The notes beneath the pieces were generated by a model. The model saw only the letters and a list, made by a program, of their open reading frames with translations, had not been told where the DNA came from and did not search any database. DNA of 40,000 nucleotides, from assembly GCF_014646875.1 (NCBI RefSeq), contig NZ_BMOC01000001.1:309410-349409 (forward strand), given 5' to 3'. Shown here in pieces: positions 8,543-16,937 of this stretch; the first letter of the stretch is position 1, and every line of letters starts with the position of its first letter. The position numbers and the translations under genes were made by a program. Source of the stretch: Halobellus salinus. Its GTDB lineage: Archaea; Halobacteriota; Halobacteria; Halobacteriales; Haloferacaceae.

Positions 8543-10005
8543 GCCTCCTCGATCGGCTGGAGTCGGTGTTCAAAGGTCCAGAGGAACTCTCGCTCACCAG
8601 CGGCGGGATCGGGTGGCCGCTGTTTTACCTCTCGTTACCCATCGTCGTCACCAACCTCCTCCAGGTGGGGTACAACCTGGCCGATACCTTCTGGCTCGGC
8701 CAGTACAGCACCGAAGCGCTGGCGGCGATCAGCTTCGGGTTCCCGATGATCTTCCTCCTGATCGCGCTTGGGATGGGGATCTCCGTCGCCGGCAGCGTCC
8801 TGGTCGCCCAACACATCGGCGCGGGCGAGGAGGCTGAGGCCGAGTACGCGGCGTCACAGACGGTCATCTACGGGCTCGTCGCCTCGGCGATCCTCGGTGC
8901 GGTGGGGTACGCCGCCGTTGGGCCGTTCATCACGTTCCTCGGGGCGTCGCCCGAGGTGCAGCCGCTCGCGGCGGGATATATGCGCGTAATCTCCGCCGGA
9001 CTACCGTTCATGTTCGGCTTCTTCGTGTTCATCGCGCTGATGCGCGGCTACGGCGACACCGTCACCCCGATGCTCGTGATGTTCGGGTCGGTCGTGCTCA
9101 ACATCGCGATCGACCCGATCCTGATCTTCGGGTTCGAGAACAACCCGCTGTTCGGGATGGTCGGACTCCGCGGGGTCGAGGCGTCGCTGTTCGCCGCCAC
9201 CGGCTACACCGGGTCGGGGATCGAGGGCGCCGCAATCGCGACGGTGTTCTCCCGAGCGCTGGCGTTCCTGGTCGGGATCGCGGTCATGATCCAGGGAGTC
9301 CGCGGGGTCCGGATCCGGCCGAGTCAGATGCGCCCCGACCCCGTCTACCTGCGCAAACTGCTCGATATCGGCGTCCCCGCGTCGATCGAGGGGACCGGCC
9401 GAGCGCTGTCGGTGAACCTCCTCTTGCTCGTGGTGGGGATGTTCCCGACAACGGTCGTCGCCGCCTACGGCATCGGTGTCCGGGTGTTCTCGGTGATCTT
9501 TCTGCCCGCGATCGCGGTCGCCCGCGGGGTCGAAACCATGACCGGCCAGAACATCGGTGCCGAGAAACCCGACCGCGCCGGGTCGGCCGCGGACTTCGCG
9601 GCGAAGGTGACGTTTCTGGTGCTCTCGGGGTTGGGCGTGGTGGCGCTCCTGGCTACCCAACCGATCGTGGCCGCCTTCACGAACGACCCCGAAGTGGTCC
9701 GCGTGGGGGTGGAGTTCCTCCGGTGGGTGGCGCCTTCGTTCGGGTTCATCGGCGTGATGCGCGCCTACACCGGGAGCTTCCGGGGCGCGGGCAAGACGCT
9801 GGTCGCCGCCACCATCTCGATCATTATGCTCGGGGTTGTCCGGATTCCGGTGGCGTACGTCGCGTCGCTCTCGCTGGGGGAAAGCGGGATCTGGGTGGCG
9901 TTTCCGGTCTCGAACGCCGCCGGCGCCCTCATCGCGTACGTGTGGTACCGCCGCGGGACGTGGCAGACGGAGTCGGTGCGGGGACCGACGCCCGCCGACG
10001 ACTGA
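8539..10005 (+). CDS. MATE family efflux transporter
   Basis: 488 aa and about 12 TM. 'LPIVVTNLLQVGYNLADTFWLGQYS' and the internal duplication pattern are typical of MATE/NorM proteins. Translationally coupled to TetR. Confidence 0.9.
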   Translation: MSLLDRLESVFKGPEELSLTSGGIGWPLFYLSLPIVVTNLLQVGYNLADTFWLGQYSTEALAAISFGFPMIFLLIALGMGISVAGSVLVAQHIGAGEEAEAEYAASQTVIYGLVASAILGAVGYAAVGPFITFLGASPEVQPLAAGYMRVISAGLPFMFGFFVFIALMRGYGDTVTPMLVMFGSVVLNIAIDPILIFGFENNPLFGMVGLRGVEASLFAATGYTGSGIEGAAIATVFSRALAFLVGIAVMIQGVRGVRIRPSQMRPDPVYLRKLLDIGVPASIEGTGRALSVNLLLLVVGMFPTTVVAAYGIGVRVFSVIFLPAIAVARGVETMTGQNIGAEKPDRAGSAADFAAKVTFLVLSGLGVVALLATQPIVAAFTNDPEVVRVGVEFLRWVAPSFGFIGVMRAYTGSFRGAGKTLVAATISIIMLGVVRIPVAYVASLSLGESGIWVAFPVSNAAGALIAYVWYRRGTWQTESVRGPTPADD

Positions 10006-10023
10006 TCGTCGGCCGGACGCCCG

Positions 10024-10263
10024 CTACAACGTGTCCTCGTCGAGGTCGCCGGGGTCGGAGGCCGTATCGAAGAGGTTGTTCTCCGCGCCGTCCATGAAGT
10101 CGTCGCCGGGTTCGCTGTCGTCGATCACGTCGACGTTGTAGGCGTCGATCCCCATCGTGAGAAGCTCCTCGACCGCCTGCTCTTCGGTGACAAACTCCTC
10201 GTCCACCAGCTGCTCGAACTCGCTCAACAGTTCGTCGGGGAGCGTCACTTCGACTATTGGCAT
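10024..10263 (-). CDS. Small acidic protein, possible ribbon-helix-helix (CopG-like) fold
   Basis: 79 aa. The N-terminal 'MPIVEVTLPDELLSEFEQLV' looks like an RHH beta-strand plus helix. The C-terminus is extremely acidic. Confidence 0.5.
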   Translation of the reverse strand: MPIVEVTLPDELLSEFEQLVDEEFVTEEQAVEELLTMGIDAYNVDVIDDSEPGDDFMDGAENNLFDTASDPGDLDEDTL

Positions 10264-10317
10264 TGCGACCGGGTTCGGCTTCCGGGTACTTGAGTGACCT
10301 GCTTGGAGGGGGGAGGG

Positions 10318-11076
10318 TTACGACTCCCGCAAACCGGCGTTGATCTCGATGGTGCCGAACACGTGCCGCGTGGTCTCGACGGTGTCCATCCGCGCGTCGA
10401 GCGCGTCGCGGGAGGCGTCAGTCCGCGCCGCAAGCTGGGCTAGAACGTCCCCCTGCGCCGCGTCGAACAGCCTGGCGTTCACCCGGGCGAACCCCCACAG
10501 TGCCGCGTTCGCCGCCCGATGTCCCCGCGGGACGAAGTTCGCGACGACGACCCTGTCGGCACGGTCGCACCACCGGCCGACCACGTCGTACGCGTCCGGG
10601 AACAGCGAGGTCACGAACGTCGCGAGCACGCCGTCGGCCGCCGCGACCGGCGGCCAGGTGGCGTCGCCCCGCGCCAGCGACACGTTCTCCCACCCGCGGC
10701 GGGCGACGAGCCCCCGCGCGCGCCGCAGCATCGGCCCGGTGATGTCGACGCCGACGACCCGGCCGCCGGGGCCGACCGCCTCTCTGAGCACGGGCAGGTT
10801 GGCACCCGGGCCACACCCGAACTCGACGACCGTGTCGCCGGGCGCGAGGCCGAGCGCGTCGACACAACTGCTTCGGACGCCCCCGACCGACGCGGTCGCC
10901 CGGGCGAACCAGTCGTAGATCCGGGCCCACCGGCCGTAGCTCTCCCGAATCCGGCCGGCGCGATCGCGGTCGGCTGTCCGCGACGGTGGCGGGGTCACAG
11001 CGATCCGGCCACCGCCGACGGTGGCGTCTTCGGCCACCACTGTTCGTCGCCGTCCCACGTCACGGTCGAGTAGCAC
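10318..11076 (-). CDS. Class I SAM-dependent methyltransferase
   Basis: 'VVEFGCGPGANLPVL' (motif I) and 'VVGVDITGPML' (motif II). The start is uncertain because the annotated start overlaps the upstream gene by 82 nt. Confidence 0.8.
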   Translation of the reverse strand: MLLDRDVGRRRTVVAEDATVGGGRIAVTPPPSRTADRDRAGRIRESYGRWARIYDWFARATASVGGVRSSCVDALGLAPGDTVVEFGCGPGANLPVLREAVGPGGRVVGVDITGPMLRRARGLVARRGWENVSLARGDATWPPVAAADGVLATFVTSLFPDAYDVVGRWCDRADRVVVANFVPRGHRAANAALWGFARVNARLFDAAQGDVLAQLAARTDASRDALDARMDTVETTRHVFGTIEINAGLRES

Positions 11077-11762
11077 TGCTCGGAGCCGGGACAGTCACGC
11101 GGGCGCTGGTAGTCGATCCCGCGCGCTTCGAGGTAGGTCACGTAGCCGTCGTCGACGCGGTCCAACTTCTCGTGACACACCCACTTCTCGCCGCACCGGC
11201 CGGCGGCGACGTCCCGGTACGGGCACGTGAACGTGGTGCGCTCGCCGCCGTCCCCCGAACGGGTGTCGTCGATCCGAACCCCGACCGACCGGTAGGCGAC
11301 GCGGAGCCGCCGCACCACCTGCTCGGGCGAGGACGCGCCGAGGAACAGCCCGTGCGCCAGCGCGTACCCGAAGTCGTGGAGGACGCGTTCGAGGAGCGAC
11401 CGGTTCTCCGGGCTGTCGACCAGGAGCGCCCGGAGGTCGTTGTACCACGTCGACACCGCCGCGACCCCGTCGACACCGTTAGCGGCGTCCACCAACGCCG
11501 CCCGCCGGTCGGGCAGCGGCGCGGCGCCGTCGGTCAGCCGGAACGCGGGGACTGCCTCGACGTGTTCGAGCACGTCTTCGCGGAGGATCTCGCCGTCGGC
11601 GTACGCCGACGTGCGCCGACGCAACTCGGGGTACCACGTTTCCGCGAGACGACTGTACGTGCCGCCGAGCGCGTCGTCGACATCGGCGAACCAGTCGCTT
11701 TCGGGCGGCGTCGGGAACCGCTCGACGACCCGGCGCAACTCTTCGGGGTTCGGACCCGCCAT
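10995..11762 (-). CDS. Hypothetical protein with Cys-rich C-terminal region
   Basis: 255 aa with acidic composition. C-terminal 'FTCPYRDVAAGRCGEKWVCHEKL...CPGSEQCY'. No family assigned with confidence. Confidence 0.6.
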   Translation of the reverse strand: MAGPNPEELRRVVERFPTPPESDWFADVDDALGGTYSRLAETWYPELRRRTSAYADGEILREDVLEHVEAVPAFRLTDGAAPLPDRRAALVDAANGVDGVAAVSTWYNDLRALLVDSPENRSLLERVLHDFGYALAHGLFLGASSPEQVVRRLRVAYRSVGVRIDDTRSGDGGERTTFTCPYRDVAAGRCGEKWVCHEKLDRVDDGYVTYLEARGIDYQRPRDCPGSEQCYSTVTWDGDEQWWPKTPPSAVAGSL

Positions 11763-11855
11763 ACCTGGGTGTTCCGCGGGACGCCCTTGAATCTGCGTGC
11801 GCCGGGAGGAAACGCCGCGTCGGTCACGCCGGGCGGTCGCCGCGGCCGACCACGG

Positions 11856-12032
11856 CTACTCCCCGGCGAAGAAGCTGGTGAAAAACCCGGACAGAAACGC
11901 CGTGAGCGCGACCGACAGCAGGAGTTCGGTCCCGGAGTACCCGTCCTCGTCGTCGTTCATGAACGGATAGGTGGCGGCGACGCTGATCACAAGCGAGACG
12001 ATCCCGTTGACCGTGTCGGTCTTCAGGTTCAT
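11856..12032 (-). CDS. Small hydrophobic protein (58 aa), absent from ORF track
   Basis: Manual translation gives MNLKTDTVNGIVSLVISVAATYPFMNDDEDGYSGTELLLSVALTAFLSGFFTSFFAGE*. Two hydrophobic segments flank an acidic loop. The competing track ORF 11824-12126 is Arg-rich shadow. Confidence 0.4.
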   Translation of the reverse strand: MNLKTDTVNGIVSLVISVAATYPFMNDDEDGYSGTELLLSVALTAFLSGFFTSFFAGE

Positions 12033-12133
12033 ACATCCGTTTCGGTCGCCGGGAGAATGAAGATGTCCCTCGGGGGGTGGGCGGGCACCCGCGAGCCGTC
12101 ACGAATTTATGTTCGATCCGCGCCATTCAGGGT

Positions 12134-12640
12134 ATGCTCCCCGCCGCACGTCCGCTCGCGCTCCCGGTTCCGCTCCCGCTCCAGGCGTCGTCGGAGTTCG
12201 GGTCGGCGTTTTTCACGTTCCTGATACTCGCGTTGTTCGCCGGCCTGATCGGGGCCATCGGTGGCGCGGTCGTCCGCCGGTTCGAGACGCCCGCGGGAAA
12301 GTACCGCGTGCTGTACGTGGGTGTGGTGCTCCCCGCGGTGCTCGGGGCGTACGCCTTCCTCTCGCTCGGGGAGATGGGGCCGGCGGCCGCGGTGTGGTTC
12401 GGCCTCGAATCGGGCGTCGTGGCCGACGGGTTCGCGAACGTTGTGGAGTTCCTGGCGGCGGGGCTCGTGTGGCTCACGGCGTACGCGCCGACGCTTCCCG
12501 GGAGGCGCGACGCGGACGACCTCGACATCCCGGTCACCGACGCACTCCGGCGGATGGCGCGGTACGTGCTCGTCGGCAGCGCGGTCCTTGCGGTCGTGGT
12601 CACGCCGTTCGTCGGGGCGGGCCTCCCGTTGCCGGTGTGA
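12134..12640 (+). CDS. Hypothetical integral membrane protein
   Basis: From the ATG at 12134 (MLPAARPL...). There are 4-5 hydrophobic helices ('AFFTFLILALFAGLIGAIGGAVV', 'VLYVGVVLPAVLGAYAFL', 'VVEFLAAGLVWLTAYA', 'YVLVGSAVLAVVVTPFV'). Confidence 0.55.
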   Translation: MLPAARPLALPVPLPLQASSEFGSAFFTFLILALFAGLIGAIGGAVVRRFETPAGKYRVLYVGVVLPAVLGAYAFLSLGEMGPAAAVWFGLESGVVADGFANVVEFLAAGLVWLTAYAPTLPGRRDADDLDIPVTDALRRMARYVLVGSAVLAVVVTPFVGAGLPLPV

Positions 12641-12686
12641 CGCTCGGAGTCGCTGATGTTAACCGAGTTACCGGTCAACGTCGGGT

Positions 12687-13307
12687 ATGGCCGACAAACC
12701 CGATCCGACCCGGAGCAAGGTCGGGCGGCTGATCGACGAACACGGAACGGTGGGGCTCGGACAGGAACTCGAAGACCGGTGGCTCGGCCGCGGGCACGAG
12801 GAACAGAGCCTCCGGTCGCTGGCCGACTGGTTCAACGAACGCCTCCTCCACCGGCGGCTCGTCACGGCCGGCTACGACCCGCTCGACGGCGAGGTGTCCA
12901 ACCTCTACCGGCTGCTCTCCGAGGACGATGTCACTGCGGGGAGCCGCGTCGACGCGGAAGCGACAGTTGAGGAGTACGGGATCGACACCGAGACTCTTCG
13001 GCGGGAGTTCGTCTCCCACCAAGCGATCCACACCTACCTGACGGAGTTCCGGGATGCCTCGAAGGAGCGGTCCGTGATCGACCGGCCCGGAAACGCCCGA
13101 CAGACGATCCAGCGGCTCCGGAGCCGACTGGTCGCAGTCGCGGAGAACAACCTCGACCACCTCCGAACGGCGGGCGAGCTCTCCATCGGGGAGTTCACCG
13201 TTCTGCTTGAGGTGCAGGTGCTGTGTGAGGACTGCGGCGCGAGCTACCCGATCACCGACCTGATCCGGCGGGGGCAGTGCGACTGTGCGGTGGACACCGA
13301 GTCCTGA
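12687..13307 (+). CDS. rdfA: RdfA-like protein (rod-determining factor family, tentative) with C-terminal Cys cluster
   Basis: 206 aa. 'SKVGRLIDEHGTVGLGQELEDRW...SLRSLADWFNERLL' and the C-terminal 'VQVLCEDCGASYPITDLIRRGQCDC' match my recollection of the haloarchaeal RdfA family pattern. This is not verified by search. Confidence 0.5.
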   Translation: MADKPDPTRSKVGRLIDEHGTVGLGQELEDRWLGRGHEEQSLRSLADWFNERLLHRRLVTAGYDPLDGEVSNLYRLLSEDDVTAGSRVDAEATVEEYGIDTETLRREFVSHQAIHTYLTEFRDASKERSVIDRPGNARQTIQRLRSRLVAVAENNLDHLRTAGELSIGEFTVLLEVQVLCEDCGASYPITDLIRRGQCDCAVDTES

Positions 13308-13448
13308 CGCGGACCGCTCGGGAGCGACCGGAGTCGCCACCGCAGAGAACAAGACAATATTGCTTGTATCTCCGATCCAGCTTGTTGCGGGGAACCGAAC
13401 GTGATCGGCTGTCCCTCCCGAATCCGGGAACACAGCCCGAATGTGACG

Positions 13449-13697
13449 ATCTGTCTCTTACCCATAAGTTAATCGAGTCCCAAACGGACGTTTTAGACGC
13501 TGTCGAACCCAATCTGTCATCGGAAGATCGAGGTGATGAGTGATTCGGGCGGTGATATCTGCGGTGGGGGGTTACTGAATTCGGATAACCGAGATGGGTA
13601 AAAACCGTCGCATAGAGGTATCAGATGGGTAGATACAGGATTTTCGTTCGGATTCATCGATCCTAGCACCGACTCGGTTTGTGGGTAAGAGACAGAT
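13449..13697. repeat. Perfect 16-nt inverted repeat pair flanking about 217 bp of less GC-rich DNA
   Basis: 'atctgtctcttaccca' (13449-13464) and 'tgggtaagagacagat' (13682-13697). Each copy is adjacent to a direct copy of 'atgtgacgatc'. Confidence 0.7.
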
Positions 13698-13770
13698 GTG
13701 ACGATCCGCGATGACGGCAGCGATCGCTCGTAGCAGGCGGGTGAAGCGGGTGGCAGGCGTACAGAAGTTA

Positions 13771-14814
13771 ATGAGTGACACCGATTCGAACGTCACGCGG
13801 CGCGGGTACCTCAGTGGCTTCGCGGCGGCGAGTGCCGCCGGACTCGCGGGGTGTTCGGGGCTCAGCGGCCCGAACATCGATACGTTGCGGGTTGCGCACA
13901 TGCCCATCTACCCCGACATCCAGTCGCACATCATGCTGGAGGAGGGGTACTTCGACGAGCTGCCGGTCAAGGTCGAGACCAAGCTCTTCTCCGACGGTCC
14001 GAGCATCGTCCAGGCGTCGGCGACCGGCGACTTCGACGTGATGCTGTTCGGGATCATCCCCGCCATGATCGTCGTCGACCGAGGGATCCCCGCGAAGATC
14101 ACCAACGCCAACATCGTCGACCCGATGCTGATCATGGGGACCGAGGAGTTCGCTGCGCAGTACGACTCACAGGGCGCCGAGGCCTTCGCGGCCTTCGAGG
14201 AAGAGACCGGCGAACGGTTCGAGTTCGGCACGTTCCCGCCGGGGTCGGTGCCGGACATCACCCTCCGGTACTGGCTGATCGAGGAACTGGGACTGGACCC
14301 CGGAAGCGACGTGACCGTCACCTCGCTGGGTGGCGCCGGCCCGGTTCGGCAGGCGCTTTTGTCCGGTCAGATCGACGGGACGAGCATGATCGAGCCCGTG
14401 CCGACGATCGCGAAGCGGCGGGACGCCGGGTACACCGACCTCGACTGGAGCGGGGACTTCTTCCCGGGCGGCCAACCCGGGGCGGTCGCGCTGATGCACG
14501 AGCGGATCTACGACGGCGCCCCCGACGTGGCGGAGGCGTTCGTCGAGCAGCACCGCCGGGCCACCCAGTTCGTCGCCGACGACCCCGACGGCGCGGCGCG
14601 GGCGACGAGCAATGTGATCGGGACCGAGTCGCTGTCGGTGGAGGACGCGCGGGCCGCACTGGACTCCCGGGCTGCGAACTTCGTGTCGAACCCTCACGAG
14701 ATCGAGGAAGGCACCCCGATCTTCGCGGAGTGGGCCAACAGGCTCGGCCGGACCGACCAGACCCTGACCAACGACCAGCTGTTCGAGTTCAGCCACTGGG
14801 ACAACACCGCGTGA
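13771..14814 (+). CDS. ABC transporter substrate-binding lipoprotein (NitT/TauT: nitrate/sulfonate/bicarbonate type)
   Basis: From the ATG at 13771: Tat motif plus lipobox 'TRRGYLSGFAAASAAGLAGCSG'. SsuA/TauA-like body. First gene of a coupled SBP-permease-ATPase set. Confidence 0.85.
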   Translation: MSDTDSNVTRRGYLSGFAAASAAGLAGCSGLSGPNIDTLRVAHMPIYPDIQSHIMLEEGYFDELPVKVETKLFSDGPSIVQASATGDFDVMLFGIIPAMIVVDRGIPAKITNANIVDPMLIMGTEEFAAQYDSQGAEAFAAFEEETGERFEFGTFPPGSVPDITLRYWLIEELGLDPGSDVTVTSLGGAGPVRQALLSGQIDGTSMIEPVPTIAKRRDAGYTDLDWSGDFFPGGQPGAVALMHERIYDGAPDVAEAFVEQHRRATQFVADDPDGAARATSNVIGTESLSVEDARAALDSRAANFVSNPHEIEEGTPIFAEWANRLGRTDQTLTNDQLFEFSHWDNTA

Positions 14815-14815
14815 C

Positions 14816-15670
14816 ATGAGCGTCGACACCAGCACCGACTCCGAGACCGGACTCGTCGCCGACACCCTCCTCGACGACGATCGGGCGGCCAGACGGTGGC
14901 TCCGCGGCGCGGTCGGGACCGCGGCGTTCCTTGTGATCTGGCAGGTCGCGGCGATGCCGGTCCCGACGTTCCTGCTTCCGACTCCGATCGAGGTCGCGCG
15001 GGCGTTCGTGGTCGAACTGACCGCGCCCGCGACCTTCGAGGTCCCGCTGACCGGCGCGGAGATCCCGCTGACGCGGCTGCTCGTGAACCTCATCGACAGC
15101 CTGTATCACTACATCCCGGGGCTCGTCGTCGGCGGCACCGCCGGGATCGCCGTCGGGATCGCCATGGGGTGGAGCGACCTACTCAACGAGGCCGTAACGC
15201 CGGTCCAGCGGGTGCTCCGCCCGATCCCGCCGCTGGCGTGGATCGCGTTCGCCATCGTGTGGCTGGGCGTCAACCACAGCGGCGCGGCGTTCATCGTCGG
15301 GATCGGCGCGTTCTGGGTCAACTTCTACAACGCCTACGCGGGCGTGGAGGGCGTCACCCAGAGCTCCAAGGAGGTCGCCGCGTCGCTTGGGGTCGACGAC
15401 GACCTCACCATGATCCGGAAGGTGGTGATCCCGAGCGCCACCCCCGAGATCATGACCGGGATCCGAACCAGTATCGGTCAAGGGTGGATGATCGTGGTCG
15501 CGGCCGAACTGTTCGGCGCCCCCGGGATCGGCTTCCAGATCATCAACGCCGCCCAGAACCTCTCGCTCGACGTGAGCGTGGCGTACATGTTCGTGATCAG
15601 CCTGGTGTTCCTGGTGAGCGACGGGGTCTTCCGCCGGGTCGAACGGAGGGTACTGGTGTGGCGGGAGTGA
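14816..15670 (+). CDS. ABC transporter permease (NitT/TauT family)
   Basis: 284 aa and about 6 TM. The BPD-type EAA-like region is 'VEGVTQSSKEVAASLGVDDDLTMIRKVVIPSATPEIMTG'. Starts 1 nt after the SBP stop. Confidence 0.9.
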   Translation: MSVDTSTDSETGLVADTLLDDDRAARRWLRGAVGTAAFLVIWQVAAMPVPTFLLPTPIEVARAFVVELTAPATFEVPLTGAEIPLTRLLVNLIDSLYHYIPGLVVGGTAGIAVGIAMGWSDLLNEAVTPVQRVLRPIPPLAWIAFAIVWLGVNHSGAAFIVGIGAFWVNFYNAYAGVEGVTQSSKEVAASLGVDDDLTMIRKVVIPSATPEIMTGIRTSIGQGWMIVVAAELFGAPGIGFQIINAAQNLSLDVSVAYMFVISLVFLVSDGVFRRVERRVLVWRE

Positions 15671-16428
15671 CCGACGCCCAACCGGTGGACGGGAAAATCG
15701 TCGTCGACGGGGTCGGCAAGCGGTTTCAGTCGGGATCCGGGACGGTCGAGGCGCTCCGGGGCGTGAACTTCAGCGTCCAGGAGGGAGAGTTCGTCTGCAT
15801 CATCGGCTCCTCGGGCGCCGGGAAGACCACCCTGTTCCGGATCATCGCCGGGCTGGAGGAGGCGACCGACGGAACCGTGTGGCTCGACGGCGAACCCATC
15901 GAGGGCCCGGGGACCGACCGCGGGATGGTGTTTCAGGAGTACGGGCTGTTCCCGTGGCGGACCGTGCTCGGGAACGTCGCGTTCGGGCTGGAACAGCGGG
16001 AGATGAGCAAGCCGGCCCGTCGGGAGCGCGCCGAGAGGATGATCGACCTCGTCGGGCTCGGGGAGTTCGTCGACAGCTACCCCAAGGAGCTATCCGGCGG
16101 CATGAAACAGCGGGTCGGGATCGCTCGCGCGCTCGCGGTCAACCCGGAGATCCTGCTCATGGACGAGCCGTTCGGGAGCGTCGACGCCCAGACGAAACAG
16201 CGGCTCCACGCCGAACTCCTCGACATCTGGCGGGAGACGGGCAAGACCGTGATGTTCGTCACACATGACGTCGACGAGGCGGTGACCCTGGCCGACCGGG
16301 TGGTCGTTCTGACCGGGTCGCCCGGCTCCGTCCACGAGGTTGTCGACGTCGACCTGGATCGCCCGCGGGCCCGGACCGACGAGGCGTTCGCCGAGTACGA
16401 GGAGCGGTTGCGGGACGCGATCGGGTGA
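15658..16428 (+). CDS. ABC transporter ATP-binding protein
   Basis: Walker A 'GSSGAGKTT', signature 'LSGGMKQRVGIARAL', Walker B 'ILLMDEPFGSVD' and the H-loop 'FVTHD'. GTG start at 15658 or 15667, overlapping the permease stop. The upstream part of track ORF 14896-16428 is shadow frame. Confidence 0.9.
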   Translation: MAGVTDAQPVDGKIVVDGVGKRFQSGSGTVEALRGVNFSVQEGEFVCIIGSSGAGKTTLFRIIAGLEEATDGTVWLDGEPIEGPGTDRGMVFQEYGLFPWRTVLGNVAFGLEQREMSKPARRERAERMIDLVGLGEFVDSYPKELSGGMKQRVGIARALAVNPEILLMDEPFGSVDAQTKQRLHAELLDIWRETGKTVMFVTHDVDEAVTLADRVVVLTGSPGSVHEVVDVDLDRPRARTDEAFAEYEERLRDAIG

Positions 16429-16472
16429 GCACGGCCGTCACGCCTTTTACCGGGGCCGACGTCTCTCGGGCT

Positions 16473-16823
16473 ATGCCGACCGTTACGTTCGGGGAGAACG
16501 AGGTCGACTGCGAGGCGGGTGCGACCCTGCGGGGCGTCCTGCTCGATGCCGGAGTGTCACCACACAACGGGAGCGCCGACACACTCAACTGCCGCGGCCA
16601 CGGGACGTGCGGGACCTGTGCGGTCGAGATCCGGGCGAACGGTGAGGACGACGACGCGGAACCCCCAGTGACCGACGTCGGAACCGTGGAACGTGGGCGA
16701 CTGTCGATTCCGCCACACGATCCCGAGTCGGGGCTCAGGCTCGCGTGTCGGACACGCGTCTACGGCGACATCGCGGTGACGAAACATCCGGGATTCTGGG
16801 GCCAGCGTGTGGACGGCGAGTAG
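16473..16823 (+). CDS. Small (2Fe-2S) ferredoxin-like protein, last gene of the ABC operon
   Basis: 'NCRGHGTCGTCAVEI' (C-x5-C-x2-C) plus 'RLACRT'. It has the same architecture as the 5691-6035 protein. Alternative GTG start at 16425 overlaps the ATPase stop. Confidence 0.75.
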   Translation: MPTVTFGENEVDCEAGATLRGVLLDAGVSPHNGSADTLNCRGHGTCGTCAVEIRANGEDDDAEPPVTDVGTVERGRLSIPPHDPESGLRLACRTRVYGDIAVTKHPGFWGQRVDGE

Positions 16824-16937
16824 CGCACCGGTGACTCGTGGTCCGCGGCAAAAAAGGCCGATCTCGCCCGGGCAGCCGTTCTGTATAGCGCGTATTAGTT
16901 TATATTTGCCAGATACCGCCGAAACGGACAACTGCCC

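Noticed and set aside
10986-12224. 412-aa plus-strand ORF
   Set aside because: It is a shadow frame opposite the 255-aa gene and the small membrane ORF. Its composition is Arg/Pro/Gly-dominated.
13851-15657. Alternative-frame ORFs across the ABC operon (322 aa plus strand, 308 aa minus strand, and the N-terminal part of the 510-aa ORF)
   Set aside because: They are Arg/Gly/Pro-rich, and the competing frames carry unmistakable SBP, permease and ATPase motifs.
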